Origin: Batkoa obscura | Lineage: Eukaryota | Direction: 5' to 3' | NCBI GenBank assembly: GCA_030770535.1 | Contig: JASVEC010000003.1 | Coordinates: 558,001 to 622,000 of the forward strand | DNA length: 64,000 nt | In this document: positions 1 through 12,638 of the stretch, in pieces | Numbering within the stretch: position 1 is the stretch's first letter | Layout of the letters: the number at the start of each line of letters is the position of its first letter | Notes under the pieces: model-generated | What the model was told of the DNA's origin: nothing | The model's database searches: none | What the model saw: only the letters and a program-made list of their open reading frames with translations | Position numbers and translations under genes: made by a program

Positions 1-677
1 AAAATATTCTCATTGCGCATATTTTTTCTATTTTTATAGCGTATTGCTTGCTCAAGAGTAATTGTTTTATCTTTATTTTTATTATTATGTGACTTTTACT
101 ACAGCTTTTATCTTTATTTAGTATTTCTGAGTTGAAATATTTTGTTTTTTACATTATTATATCATATTAATATGACAATTTATTTAATTAAAACCTTTTT
201 ATATAGTAAAATTTCATCTTAAAGTGCCACTAAACAAAAGTTTAGCAGAAAGTTTTACAAACTATTAACTTTAACTGAAAATTACCATTACAAGAACTAC
301 TCTATATTATCAAGAAAGTACTAATAGTAATGATAACAAATAATGTAAAATCATTAATTATTAATCAAAAAAGTGGTGAAATAAAAGTTATAGAACTATG
401 AAAACACGAACTTTGTAGCTTGTTTATTAATCTTCCCTAAATTTAAACCTGTTCAATTTAATCTTATTATGATTCAAACTTATTTTTATAATAATGATAA
501 GAATGATATTAAAAATAATACATTACATTCTCTAATGAACTTTTAATTAATTGTAAACTATATTTTATTTTATTTTTCAATTAATGTATAATAAATGATA
601 TTTCATATCCGATTTTCTATACAGAAGAAAATGTGCTATAGTCAATAAAGTTATCCTAAAAACGATAGCAGATCACA

Positions 678-936
678 GCATTATAGTTAGATAATATGGC
701 CCAAAAAATGGCGTACATTAAACAGGTATCTTGATAGTTTTAACAATATTTCAAAACAAAGTCTACAAGTTCAAAAATTTTCCGGAGGAAATTATTTTAA
801 TTTATCTATAATTATTTTAATTCGTACTATATTATCCTATATTTTGTTCACTTTTGCTTAATTATTGTTAAAAATTCTCAAAACAGCTGTTCAATGTATG
901 CCACTTTTTGGACCGTATTATCTAAATGGAAATGCT
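678..936. repeat. Degenerate long inverted repeat (old foldback/MITE-like element), arms ~678-763 and ~850-936
   Basis: Left arm tagataatatggcccaaaaaatggcgtacattaaacagg... matches, with scattered mismatches, the reverse complement of ...cagctgttcaatgtatgccactttttggaccgtattatcta. Confidence 0.7.
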
Positions 937-1094
937 ATTTGTTGCCATTTAACAATAAATTCTTGGACACAATTTAAAACTGAATAGTAAAACGAAATCT
1001 TCAGACTTCAAAAACAGTAATCAACAAAATGTTTTAAATTACTTCAAAAGATGTAAAATTTCAACTGACCTCTATATGTATTATCTTTTAAATA

Positions 1095-1198
1095 TTTAGG
1101 GATGTTTTTTTGGTTTCATCACTTTTTCTATTTTTCAAGCGTTATTTAAATGGAAAGATTGTTAGTAAAATCCTTAAACAAAAAAATACATCCCCATT
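1095..1198 (-). mobile_element. MITE family A copy 1 (~105 bp)
   Basis: Reverse complement of consensus TATGGGGATGTATTTTTTGTTTAAGAATTTTACTAACAATCTTTCC...GAAAAAGTGATGAARCCAAAAAAAACAYCCCCATA; terminal inverted repeats. Confidence 0.85.
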
Positions 1199-1423
1199 TA
1201 TTATATCTTATTCTAACTATTTAAGAGCTCTGGTTATTAATAGTTTTGATATATACTTTTAAAATTTATAAATTATATTAAGCATACACTTTTTATTATT
1301 TTAATTATTATAATAAATGTTACTATATAAAAAAGCAATGACATTTTTGTAATTTATAACCTTAACTAAATAAATTTTACTATTTATAATGAAAACTCTT
1401 TACTTTTTTAAATAAATATAAAG

Positions 1424-1530
1424 ATATGTGGATGTATTTTTTTGTTTAAGAATTTTACTAACAATCTTTCCATTTAAATAACGCTTGAAAAATAGAAAAA
1501 GTGATGAAGCCAAAAAAAACACCCTTATAT
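1424..1530 (+). mobile_element. MITE family A copy 2
   Basis: atatgtggatgtatttttttgtttaagaattttactaacaatc...caaaaaaaacacccttatat; inverted relative to copy 1. Confidence 0.85.
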
Positions 1531-1785
1531 GTTTTAATTTTTTAGCTTTACAAAGTGATAAATAGCAATTTATTTAAACAAGATAGTATCTAAATTTACT
1601 TTTATATGTTATTATTCAGCACATAGTTTCGAGGTAAAAATGAAAACCAACTTTGATTTGTTATTATTCTTTTAGAAAAAAGTATATTATCTATATATAT
1701 ATATGGTAGTAATAAAGTATATTAAGTTATAATTAAAATTAAAAATTAAACCTTTATCTCAGCAATAAACCTATTAACAACCCTT

Positions 1786-3439
1786 TTAATTATTAAAAAG
1801 TATAAAAAAGAATAGAAACCAAGTTACAAAGAGGAGTATAAGAACAAGTATTACAAATATAATATTCCATTCCTTTCTGAATATTTTAACTTCTATTTTC
1901 TTTTTTACCAATAAATAAAACACAACGGATGCTATCAAATTAACTACACTTAAATATTTAAAAATCCCTAATACAATCCCATAATCTTTAGCTTTATCTT
2001 GTGCGTGATCTTGGGCATATCCTAATAATGTATCAAGCAAAGAGGATCCCATATGGTCAACAGCACGATGTAATCCCAACAAAGTACCAACTTTGAAATC
2101 GTGTTTCCCTTTTAATAATAATAAATCAGGTGCTATAGTAGCTAACGATAATGGTCCACAACCTAAAGATATAGCAAATAAGACAATACTTGGGATGGGG
2201 CTATTTATGATTGAGCTATCTAAGATTAAAAAACAAACTAAAAGACATATGGATGCTGAAATAACTGATAACAAATCATTATTTTAATTTTGGTTATTTT
2301 ATATTTATATTTACTAAATTGCGGCTGCGGTTTGTTAAACCTATCGACCAAAAAGCCAAACAGGGGACATAAAATTATTGGTAATCCTAAACTGACAGAT
2401 GCTTGCCAACCCGCAACAACTTGGGTTGTATCGAATGTATGTAATATTAGGTTACTATAAAAGTAATAAACTATTATCATTAAACATATTAATAGTTTTA
2501 CCTAGCTAAATGTAAAAATGGAGTCCAGATAGAGCCAAATGAAAGTGTTAAAATAACCACATAATACCAAGTTACAAAATCAAAATTTAAAATTGTATCA
2601 TAAACTAATAACAATCTTTGTTTAAAGTTGACTTTTTTAACTTGAATTGTATCTTCATTGTTTGTTAACTCATACTCTTCAGGTACTTGTATTTCTGTAT
2701 TTAATGGAACAAACGGATGAATCTTATCTTGAGCCTTTGATAGTTTCATATAAACAATGGATAAAGAAAACGAAATAAAAGTTAATATGGTAGTAAACCA
2801 AAATATAGACCCATAAAAATTAAACCACTCTACTAAATGGGCAACTAAACCTGAAGCTAAAAACCCTGACTAATATTAATTAGTAACTTACTGATTTTAC
2901 GTTTCTATTTTACTTACCAGTTTTCCAATAGCAAATAAGGAACCCATAGCTAACGAAAGGTTTTCTGCTAAAAATGTGTTTACCAATATAGTTTCTTGTA
3001 TAGTTACTATTCCTCCAGCACCTAACCCAAATAAACATTGTCCCAAACCCAATACAAAGAATTGAATTGATCTAGGCATAAAAGTAGCAGCTATTGCCAT
3101 CAATAGTTCACCAATAAAGATGGCTAAAGTAGCATAAAACGATGTTAATTCAGTTCCTAACTCGTCACTTAAAATACCTCCAACTATTGGAGTAACTGTT
3201 TGAAATAGTAGTAACGAACTTTGTAATAAACCAAACTGGGTGTTTGTTATGTTTAATTCCTAAAGCTTTAAATATATATTGTATTATTTTAAATTTATTT
3301 TGATACAAGAGCTTACTCTTTTTAAGTTATCTTTTATTGGTGCTAAAGTATGAGCTGCAAAGTGAGAGCCTATTGACATGAAACTTGCACACCCAAAGGT
3401 TGCTATCCTATATAGCTTCTTTTGATCTATCAGTATCAT
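1786..3439 (-). CDS. Major facilitator superfamily transporter, MFSD1-like (multi-exon)
   Basis: Start MILIDQKKLYRIATFGCASFMSIGSHFAAHTLAPIKD; hydrophobic exons; MFS motif-A-like GGILSDELG and GFLVDRF; LFGLGAG; ORF-track fragments 1786-2274, 2238-2480, 2498-2749 and 2897-3103 join through GT-AG introns. Confidence 0.8.
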
Positions 3440-4051
3440 CCTTAACGTTTACTTTTATAAACACTAGTTCTTTTCTGTAATAAGTTAAAAGTTAAATATT
3501 TTATTTACGTATTTCAAATATTCGGTTCACAGTTCCAATTTCAAAGCTTCCAACCAATTACTGTTAACTAAAAAGTATTTCTAATTCATAACTGAAACTT
3601 ACTTTTCTGGCCTTTTTAACCCTTTAAGTACCAAATATCTTATAAAAAATCATGTTTGGTTGGATCCATTTTTGATCCATTTTTTGGTTAATGATAATTT
3701 CTATCTAGCTAGGGCTTAGCTGTACATGGCTCGCCATAATTTAATCGGTTTAGAATTTTGGAAAGCATTGTTCGTCTACAATGCTGAGGTGGTTAAGTAA
3801 AATTTAGTCAATAGTTTTGGAGTATTAATCAATGAACCAATTAAGATTTGCGATCTCGATATTTTAACTAAAGCTTAACAATTTTTTAAATCAAAATTTG
3901 TTCAATAATATTGCGCCATTACTTAATAAGCTAATTGAAATTAAAATAAGTCAAAAACTTTAGTATAATTACGTCATAATTTTGGCTAAATTTTAATACC
4001 AATCAATTTAATTTATGTAACAAAATTAACTTTAGCTAATTTATTATTCAA

Positions 4052-5454
4052 ATGGCAATAGAATTAGGAATTTAGGAATTTACCTCTAGTGCTATTAGAG
4101 TTTATATTTACAGAATTAGAGGCAGAAGATTTGATAAGCTTATGTTTTATAGAGAAGCGTTTTTTCCATATTACTTTCCCTATCATTTAATGGAATGCAG
4201 CTTATTCAATGTATAATAAAGACACCAATAGCAGATATGTATAATTTCAGGAAAAATTTATAGAAGAAGATGGAGCTTTAATGAGACATATGAATATCAA
4301 TAAAAGCAACCTTAACTTTTTGTTTTATTGTTCAAATGTATCAACTATGCAATTTAATAGAAATGAGAGTGAATATAACAATATCAAAAGCTCTGAGGAA
4401 AGTTTTAATTTAATAAAGTTTAAAAAATTAATAGTTAAGTCGAGTAATTAATTATTTGGAAATTATTAATGTTTCAGAGGTGTTAGAAGGATTTTTAAGC
4501 CAAATTAGAAGTTTCGAAGATTTATAGTGAGTATTTTATTATTAGATTTGATGCCTTTTAAATTTGATAATTTAATTTCACTTACATTAAATTCCAGCTC
4601 TGATTTAGTTATATTTAGCTTGGATGGATATAAAACTAATCTTAAAAAATTGAAGGTTTTAGATATAGCTTTCAATCGCCCTCGTTTTCAGGGGAAAAGT
4701 AGTTTTAATATTAATTTTACTAATAACTTAGATTTAATTATTAATGGGGGAATTGATTTTGATATGATCCAAAAAATTGGTGAGATTCAACACTTTAAGG
4801 CTATTAGTTTATATAATAAAAGTTCAAAACAATTCAATGATTATTATTTACGTATGGAAGGAAATGATATAGATATACTAAGTGAAGGAAATGTAATTAG
4901 CATAGGTTTTTCGTAAAAAAGTTAATTTTTCAAAGTATTTTAGATTACCAACTTTAAAAAAATTAAGTACAACCGAATTTAATTTAGAACTATTAGTGTT
5001 AATTCAAGTTTCAACAAATATCAAAGAAATTGGGTTTATGGATCTAGATTTTAATGAATGGATAATCAGTAGAATAAAATTTAATTTAAAAGGAAATAGA
5101 GGAAAATTACAGTCGTTTTTTATGTAACAATGTTAAAAAAATAGAAGTGGATAAGTTGAATATTTCGCTTGATAGTTTTTTATGTTTTTGATACCATTTC
5201 CAAACGTTGAGTTTTTAAATTAATAATTTTAATTTAAATAAAGATAATAATGAAATCAGATACATACCTATCAGATCTTTGATTTTATATACCCCTTTCG
5301 CCAAGATAATTGGAGATCCTCCTGACGAGCTTTAGTATGAATTTATTGCTAGATTTCATAGTGATGAAGCTCGTGAAGCAGCTGAATGCCCATATTTAAA
5401 ACTAAGTAGAGTTCCAACTATAAAAATCAAGCAAATAATAAAAAACAGTTATTA
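4052..5454 (+). pseudogene. F-box/LRR-like pseudogene
   Basis: F-box-like FRNLPLVLLEFIFTELEAEDLISLCFIEKRFFHITFPII, out of frame with ATG 4052 and followed by in-frame TAA at 4188-4190 plus further stops; LRR-like LxxLxL pieces downstream (FDNLISLTLN, LKKLKVLDI, LPTLKKLST); 3' limit approximate. Confidence 0.7.
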
Positions 5455-5568
5455 ACTATAATAATTGTATCCAGTTTAAAGTTGATTATCTGCTATCTTC
5501 TTAATTGTTAATAATCATTGAACCATTGAATATTTTGATTACCATACTATCAAACACCATTGCCTACT

Positions 5569-5670
5569 ATATGGGGGTGTTTTTTTGGCTTCATCACTTT
5601 TTCCATCTTTTAAGCACTATTTGACTGAAAAAATTGTTAGTAAAATTCTTAAACATAATACATCCATATA
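5569..5670 (-). mobile_element. MITE family A copy 3
   Basis: atatgggggtgtttttttggcttcatcactttttcc...ttgttagtaaaattcttaaac...catccatata. Confidence 0.85.
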
Positions 5671-5736
5671 TTATGTTATATTATCAAATATTATTGCTTA
5701 CTATACTATCCTATATTATCATTGAAATAAGATATT

Positions 5737-5844
5737 ATATGAGGATGTTTTTTTTGGTTTCATTATTTTTTCTATCTTGTAAGCGCCATTTAAGTGGAAA
5801 AATTGTTAGTAAAATTCTTAAATACAAAAATACATTCCCATATA
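5737..5844 (-). mobile_element. MITE family A copy 4
   Basis: atatgaggatgttttttttggtttcatt...ttgttagtaaaattcttaaatacaaaaatacattcccatata. Confidence 0.85.
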
Positions 5845-6225
5845 TTTAAATTTTTAATGTATTTTCATAAAGTTTAAAATAAAAATGCGATAGAAAAATA
5901 CTTGATGCTACATACAATCAATATAAAACATATGAAGGTGTTTTTTTAGTTCCCACAAGAAGAGAAATAGAAAAATAATTCTTGCATTAAATTATTTCAA
6001 TAATAAACCTTTTTGGTATCAAGCAATTTTAAGAAAGATACAATCGGATCAAATTTTTAAAAAGTAAGCCCACTTGACTAAAATTTAATGCCAACTATGC
6101 CAAATTGGATGAGATTTCTCATCATAGATAAACTTTGGGAAAAAAGTTATGGAGAGATTTCTTATCATAACTAAACTGAAAGAAAATTCGTTTTGGGAGT
6201 GGTTACTTGAAACCTCTTTCTATTG

Positions 6226-6409
6226 TAGGCCGTTTGAAATGTTCCAATACAAATTCATGAATATTAAATGGTCGATTTTTGATTGCAACAGTAAATTTTT
6301 TTAAATCTGTTAGAATAAAGTATTATGTAAATTCTTTACTGGTGTTGCAACCAATAATTGGCAATTTTTAATATGTATGAATTTATACTAGAACATTTTG
6401 AACGACCTA
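6226..6409. mobile_element. Foldback MITE-like element B with ~70-bp imperfect TIRs, TA-flanked
   Basis: TA-GGCCGTTTGAAATGTTCCAATACAAATTCAT...ATGAATTTATACTAGAACATTTTGAACGACC-TA; arms ~6228-6296 and ~6336-6407. Confidence 0.75.
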
Positions 6410-6517
6410 ATAAATTTGTGACTATTTCATTAAAAAGGTGCAAAAATTCATTGAAAAAAAATTATTATAATCAAAATGATACTCAAGCATAATAGTATAT
6501 ATATTTAAACATCAATA

Positions 6518-7315
6518 TTAGAGTCCTTTTTCGTGGTTGCCTTGGACATAAAATTCATCCAAAGTATTTACGATTTTATCCAATGCTTCCAACCAATCTT
6601 TAAGCTCAACTTGTACTTTAACTGGATCTGGCCCTAATTTTTTATAAAAATCAACACGATATGGACAAGCTTTCATAGCCAACTAAATAATTAAAAGTTA
6701 AATTAAGTCTTCGTATAACATTAATATACTTACCGAAAAGATTGGAGCAATTAAAAAGGAATGGTACTTTTTAAGCGTACGAGCATAAGCTTCATTGAAA
6801 GACACCGAAAGCTCTTCAGTTGGTCTTGAAGAGTTTTGCTTCAATGCTTCACAAATAAAGCGCAAACCTCTTTTATGAAGTGTTTAATATTAAAACTATT
6901 TTGAAATGATAATTTTACCTTTTTAACCATAATAAACCTTGAGTTGCTACCCTTTTACTACCTAATCCTACTTCACTTTCTACAATTTTTTGTAAAGTGG
7001 TATATTCTGCTGGATTTTCCAAATACTTCTTACGTATTTTCTATTTACTTTGTTAACGGTGGATAAATAAGTAACAAAAATTATTTTACTGCAATATTTC
7101 CATTCATATCTGATTTAACTGGCGCAAAAGCGGTTGCATGCAATAAATCTAGTTGATATTTAGTATTATTAATTTATACCAATGATCTATTTACCAAATA
7201 AACTGACTAAAGATTCAGTAGCTTCTAAAAAGGGCACAACCTCAATTCCGTTTTCAGTTGGCACATCAACGTAACTCTTTACAATGCTATCAAAATAACT
7301 AACCTGTGCACTCAT
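6518..7315 (-). CDS. Glycolipid transfer protein (GLTP/HET-C2 family), 5 exons; absent from the ORF track
   Basis: Spliced translation MSAQVSYFDSIVKSYVDVP...FLEATESLVSLFDLL..AFAPVKSDMNGNI..KIR...ATQGLLWLKRGLRF...AYARTLKKYHSF...AMKACPYRVDFY, which is the GLTP signature. Confidence 0.92.
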
Positions 7316-7686
7316 TATATTTTAAAAAAAGCTAAACATAAATATATGAATTCATTAAATTTATATTGCTTTATCCCCATTTTGTTTCTCTTTTATTGGT
7401 CAGCTAGTAATATTGATTTAATTTCATGGCGTTGTCATCATGTAAGTTAAATTGATTTTTAATAAAGGCTGAAAAAGCTTTTTGGGCATTTTTTTTTTTT
7501 TGCTCATTTTGGATCGATTTTAGTAAGTCTAATTTAACCTAAATCAATCTATCACTTAATTTATCATTGCTATTTTATATTAGTTAAGTTTATAAACAAT
7601 ATTCAAGAAAGAAATCTGTAAAAGAGAAAATTGTTTTGATAGCTTAATTATAAAATGTTTTGATTAAATGAATTTTGAACATTTTT

Positions 7687-8013
7687 TTATTCATCGTCTC
7701 TTTCAACCCTCTTAATCTCCCAATTTTCCAAGTTATCTCTAGATTCCATCAACTTCCAATATTCTTCTTGTAGGTTGACTTGTCTTTTGTTTTCGTCTAG
7801 TTTCAACATATCTTTTTTCTTTAAAGTTTTAAGCCTCGTCTTTCGATAGTCATATCTAGTCTGTGTAAAGTTAGTAGCAGCGAAAGAAGCTCCAACAATA
7901 ATAGTTATAAACGGTAGCCCAAAAAATAAAAATGGGTTTTTTTGAATCTTTGAATATATTCTTTCCGAAAACGTTCCTTTAGATATCTTCCTTTTAACTG
8001 GAAATACTGCCAT
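7687..8013 (-). CDS. COX16: Cytochrome c oxidase assembly protein COX16
   Basis: KNPFLFFGLPFITIIVGASF..TNFTQTRYD...LQEEYWKL...NWEIKRVER; 108 aa, single TM. Confidence 0.92.
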   Translation of the reverse strand: MAVFPVKRKISKGTFSERIYSKIQKNPFLFFGLPFITIIVGASFAATNFTQTRYDYRKTRLKTLKKKDMLKLDENKRQVNLQEEYWKLMESRDNLENWEIKRVERDDE

Positions 8014-8668
8014 CGTTAGAGTTTAGTTTAATAAATATGGAAAGCTGTTTTTTTGGTCCTTTTTTGAGTTTAACATTCCATTTTCAAGCTGCAATTTTGT
8101 ACTGAGTAAATATTTTTTGAAACAAAATTCATAGGCTAGAAATCATTCATGAAATCGAAAAATTATTGGTAAATTAGCAAAAGGATCTTGAGTTTAGAAT
8201 TTTTGCCCAGTTAAAACCAATGTTAGGTTTGTTTTAAATAAAGATGTACTAACAACAATAATCGCTCTCAAGAAATTAAAAGGAATATCAATAAAATATT
8301 AAATACTAGCTAATACAAGATACGTTAACCAATTATAGTATTAATAATATGAAAAGAATAAAGTTGATACTAAAACTTCGTACCACTTCAAAAACTGGTG
8401 ATTTAACCCACATATAATAATTTACATTTATAGAAGATCAAAATTATTTCAAAGCCAATAAAAGCACCCTAATACCCAAAAATCAGACATTTAATTTGTC
8501 GAAACAAAGCATAATGAAGACTCGGATTAAGCTATTTTATTGGGTATTCCGCAAAAGTAAAAAACCCCAAAACAATAAAAGTAAAAAAGTAGTAAAAAAA
8601 TAAAAGATAACTTTTTTATTAATAAGAGTGAGCTAAGGGGAAGACTAATAACCAAGGATACTAATAAA

Positions 8669-11600
8669 ATGTATAAAAATATTTATCTACTGGGGGGTAA
8701 ACAAGTGAGTAAAATAAAGTATCAAGTTTTTAATAAATCATTTTTATTAAACTCAAAATTATTGAGTCATCAAATCCACTTTCAACAACTTCGTTCTATT
8801 TCAACAAACCCATTAGTCAACTCAGAAAGTTTAAAACTTGAAGAAACAGTCAATGATTTGGATTCCTTATTGATTTTAAGTCCAGAAGAACAATCTAATT
8901 TAAGTGATAAAGATAATGATTTTTCAAGTCGATATATGGCTGTTTTACACGCTTGTCTTAAGATTGGTGAGATTGAAAGAGCTTATAATATGTTAGCTCA
9001 ATTTCGTAGAAAATATAATAAAGGTTTTAAAGCCCATGTTGATATCAATGTACATAACGCTTTCATGTCCGCTTGCGTCGATGTTAAACCAACACCAGAC
9101 TTAAAAAGAGCAATGGAATATTTTTCAAAATTAGAGTCAAGTTATGGAGTTAAACGTAATATTAGTACTTATGCCATTATTATTAAAGGTCATATTAGGT
9201 AAATCATTTTTTTAAAATTTTGTTTATATAATGATTGTTTTAGAGCAAATAAGTTATATTTAATGAAAGTATTTTATCAAGAAATGAAGGCATTAGGTTA
9301 TACACTTGATTCACTCAAAGGCTCACCTCACTTATCTGATAGTGATTTAGATACCTTTTTTAATGTAAGTTATTTACTATTATTTATAATGATCATTATA
9401 TCTAAATATAATTATGTAGGCTATTGGACATAAGGATGAAGCACAAAATATATCTATACCTTCGGAAAATCTAGTTATGGAAGATGAAGCATTAAATAAT
9501 CAAGACAGTGATGTTGAAAAAAGTTATAAATCTACTTTATTAACAACGAAGGTAACAAATATTAAAATAATATTAGCCAAATTAAATTAATCATAATAAT
9601 TATAGGTGCATGGTGTAAAATTATTAAAAAACTCATTGGAAACCTCCTTTTCAAAAAATCTTTCCTTACATGAAGTACAAATGAAACTTGAAGAAACAGC
9701 AATGGAATCTGCATTAGAAAAAATCATGCATGAAAGAGATGCAAGGGGTGATAACTTATTAAAATTAAATTTAACACCATTAAGAAAATTAATGTCACAA
9801 TGGAAAGATAGATTAACTAGAGTAATTGATTCGGAACAAAAGAGATTAAAAGGAGATTCAGTTAATGGTGATTTAAATCGTTCACAATATGCAGCTATTA
9901 TGTGTGCCATCAAACCAGAAAAATTAGCCATTTTAACAATTCAAGCAACACTAAGAAGCTATGGATCCAATGATAATAATCAAGGATCCCATGTAATTGT
10001 ATTAGTTGCCTCAATAGCTAAACAATTAGAACAAGAATATCATTCTGAACAAATGGTTAAAAAAGGAAATCGATTTATCTTTAAACAACAACAAGATGTT
10101 AAAAAATTATATGCCTCTGGAAAATTATTTTCAATGGCTTTACGTAAAGCTAGAGCTAAAGTTGAAAGAGAAAATATTAGTTCCGATTGGGTACCTGTTT
10201 GGTCCCCCACAGTTAAAATCAAGTTTGGTTCCTTTTTATTAAGTGCTTTAATTGAATCGGCTACTTTTACATTACCAGATTCAGATACTGAATTCCCTGC
10301 TTTTTCACATACCCATCAGCATATACGTGGTACTAAAAAAGGAGTGATATTATGTGATCCTTATATCAAAGAATTATTAATTAAAGAACCATCCCCTTCT
10401 GCTTTTGGTGCTCGTTTACTTCCAATGCTAGTTTTACCTAAGCCTTGGTTAACTTATAATTCAGGTGCTTATTATACTTCTAGACAAAGATGCATGAGAA
10501 GTAGAGATGCGTTTGAACAAACTGTTTATCTTAAAAAGTCGGATCAAAATGGTATGCTAACGAAAGCATTAACAAGTTTAGATGTTTTAGGGTCAGTAAG
10601 ATGGAGAGTTAATAAAAGTGTATTAGAAATAGTTAAAGAAGTATGGAATTCAGGGAAGGCATTTGCTGGTATACCACCAGGTTATACAGAAGTAGTTTAT
10701 CCAAATAAACCAGAAGATACAAGTGATGTTTCAGCTATGATAGAATATAGAAAGAAATGCAATGCAATGGATGTTACAGCACGTAATAATCATTCTTTAC
10801 GCTGTGATGTTAATTATAAAGTAGAGATTGCTAATGCCTTTCAAGATTATGAATTTTATTTTCCACATAATTTAGATTTCCGTGGTAGAGCCTATCCTAT
10901 ACCACCCTTATTTAATCATTTAGGTAATGATTTATGTCGTGGTCTACTTACTTTTTCAGATGCCAAACGATTAGGAGAAAGAGGGTTATTTTGGCTTAAA
11001 GTACAGTTAGCTTCACTTACTGGTTATGATAAAGCTTCTTTTCCTGATCGAGTTAAATTTACTGACGAACGTATGGAACAAGTTAAAGATTCAGCGGAAA
11101 ATCCATTAAATGGAAAACAATGGTGGTTAGAAGCTGAAGATCCATGGCAATGTTTAGCAACATGTATTGAATTAAATAATGCCATGAAATTAGATAATCC
11201 AGAAGATTATTTATCTAGTTTACCGATTCATCAAGATGGTACTTGTAATGGTTTACAACATTATGCTGCTTTAGGTTTAGATGTAGAAGGTGCTATGCAA
11301 GTTAATTTACAAGATTCAGATAAACCTCAAGATGTTTATTCAGGTGTATTAAAATTAGTGTTAGAAAAGATCAATAAAGATGCTGAAGACGGTCTTTATG
11401 AAGCTACTAAATTAAAAGGTCATGTAACTAGAAAAGTAATTAAACAAACTGTAATGACAAATGTGTATGGTGTTACTTTTATTGGAGCTAATTTACAAAT
11501 TCATTCCCAACTAAAACATAATGCTGAATTGGCTGAAGAAGCAAATAAGTTATCTTATTATCTTACTACTTTAGTCTTTGCTTCATTAGGTGAATTATTC

Positions 11601-12374
11601 TCAGCTGCTCAAGCTATTCAAGCATGGCTTAATGAATGTGCTGGTAGAATAGCCACCTCTATACCAGCGGACATCTTAGAAGGAAAAGCAGGTGATACCG
11701 ATAAGAAAAAGAAAAAGACAATTAATCCAGAAATAATACGTTCCAAGCAAATGACTTCAGTAATATGGACCACACCTTTAGGTATTACCATTGTACAACC
11801 ATATCGTAAAGGAGTACAAAAAGATATACGTACAAATTTACAAACGATATTAATTCATGATACTAATACAGTTACCCCAGTCAACTCACGTAAACAAAGA
11901 ACTGCTTTTCCACCCAATTTTATTCATTCTTTAGATGCATCTCATATGATGTTAACATCAATTAAAATGGCTGAAGAACAATTATCTTTTGCATCTGTTC
12001 ATGATTCTTATTGGACTCATGCTTGCGATGTAGATAAAATGAATGTACATATTCGCGAACAATTTATAGAATTACATAAGAAACCAATCTTGCAAAATTT
12101 AATTGAAGAATTTCAATTTAGATTTAAAGGGTATAAAAGAAGAGTGATGATCGATAAAGAAGATGAAAAAGTTGATAAAGATGAAAATGAGTTTGAATTA
12201 AAACCTGAAATTGTAGAATTGGATGAAGTAGCTAGCTCAGATGATAAAGAGAGTACGTTTAAAGCTAACAAAAATAAAAAGGTTGTTTGGGTTGATTTAG
12301 AATTCCCTTCCCTTCCTCAAAGGGGTAAATTTGAATTGGAAAAGGTTAGAGATGCTACTTATTTCTTTCATTGA
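8669..12374 (+). CDS. RPO41: Nuclear-encoded mitochondrial single-subunit (T7-like) RNA polymerase with N-terminal PPR-like region; 3 introns (~9199-9243, ~9365-9419, ~9552-9606)
   Basis: Motifs HNLDFRGRAYP, HQDGTCNGLQHYAAL, RKVIKQTVMTNVYG, AFPPNFIHSLDASHM, VHDSYWTHA and C-terminal YFFH; presequence-like N-terminus. Confidence 0.96.
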
Positions 12375-12638
12375 TTATACAAGTTTTCTAATTTACTATT
12401 TCTCCTCTCTTAATTCTCTCCACTTTACTAAGTTTAGTTGTTTACTAATTTATTAATATTTATCACTTTATCTTTCTTTTATATAGAATTTTAAAGTTTT
12501 AAATTATATCTGTTTCTTTATAGATTTTCGTCATTCTTTTTTTTAAAATAATAATAGAAATTTTTAGAAATTTTTAGAAATTTTTGATTTTAATCAATTT
12601 TTTTTTTTTTTTTATTTTTTTAAAATCTAAAAAAAGAA

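Noticed and set aside
5634..5849. 71-aa ORF
   Set aside because: Reads through MITE copies 3 and 4; spurious
6107..6180. Two imperfect ~43-bp direct repeats (GAGATTTCTYATCATA..TAAACT)
   Set aside because: Only two degenerate units and no further structure; probably a local duplication
9606..12374. T7-like RNA polymerase as a phage or linear-plasmid insertion
   Set aside because: It has spliceosomal introns, a presequence/PPR-like N-terminus and ordinary nuclear neighbours, so it is the standard mitochondrial RNA polymerase
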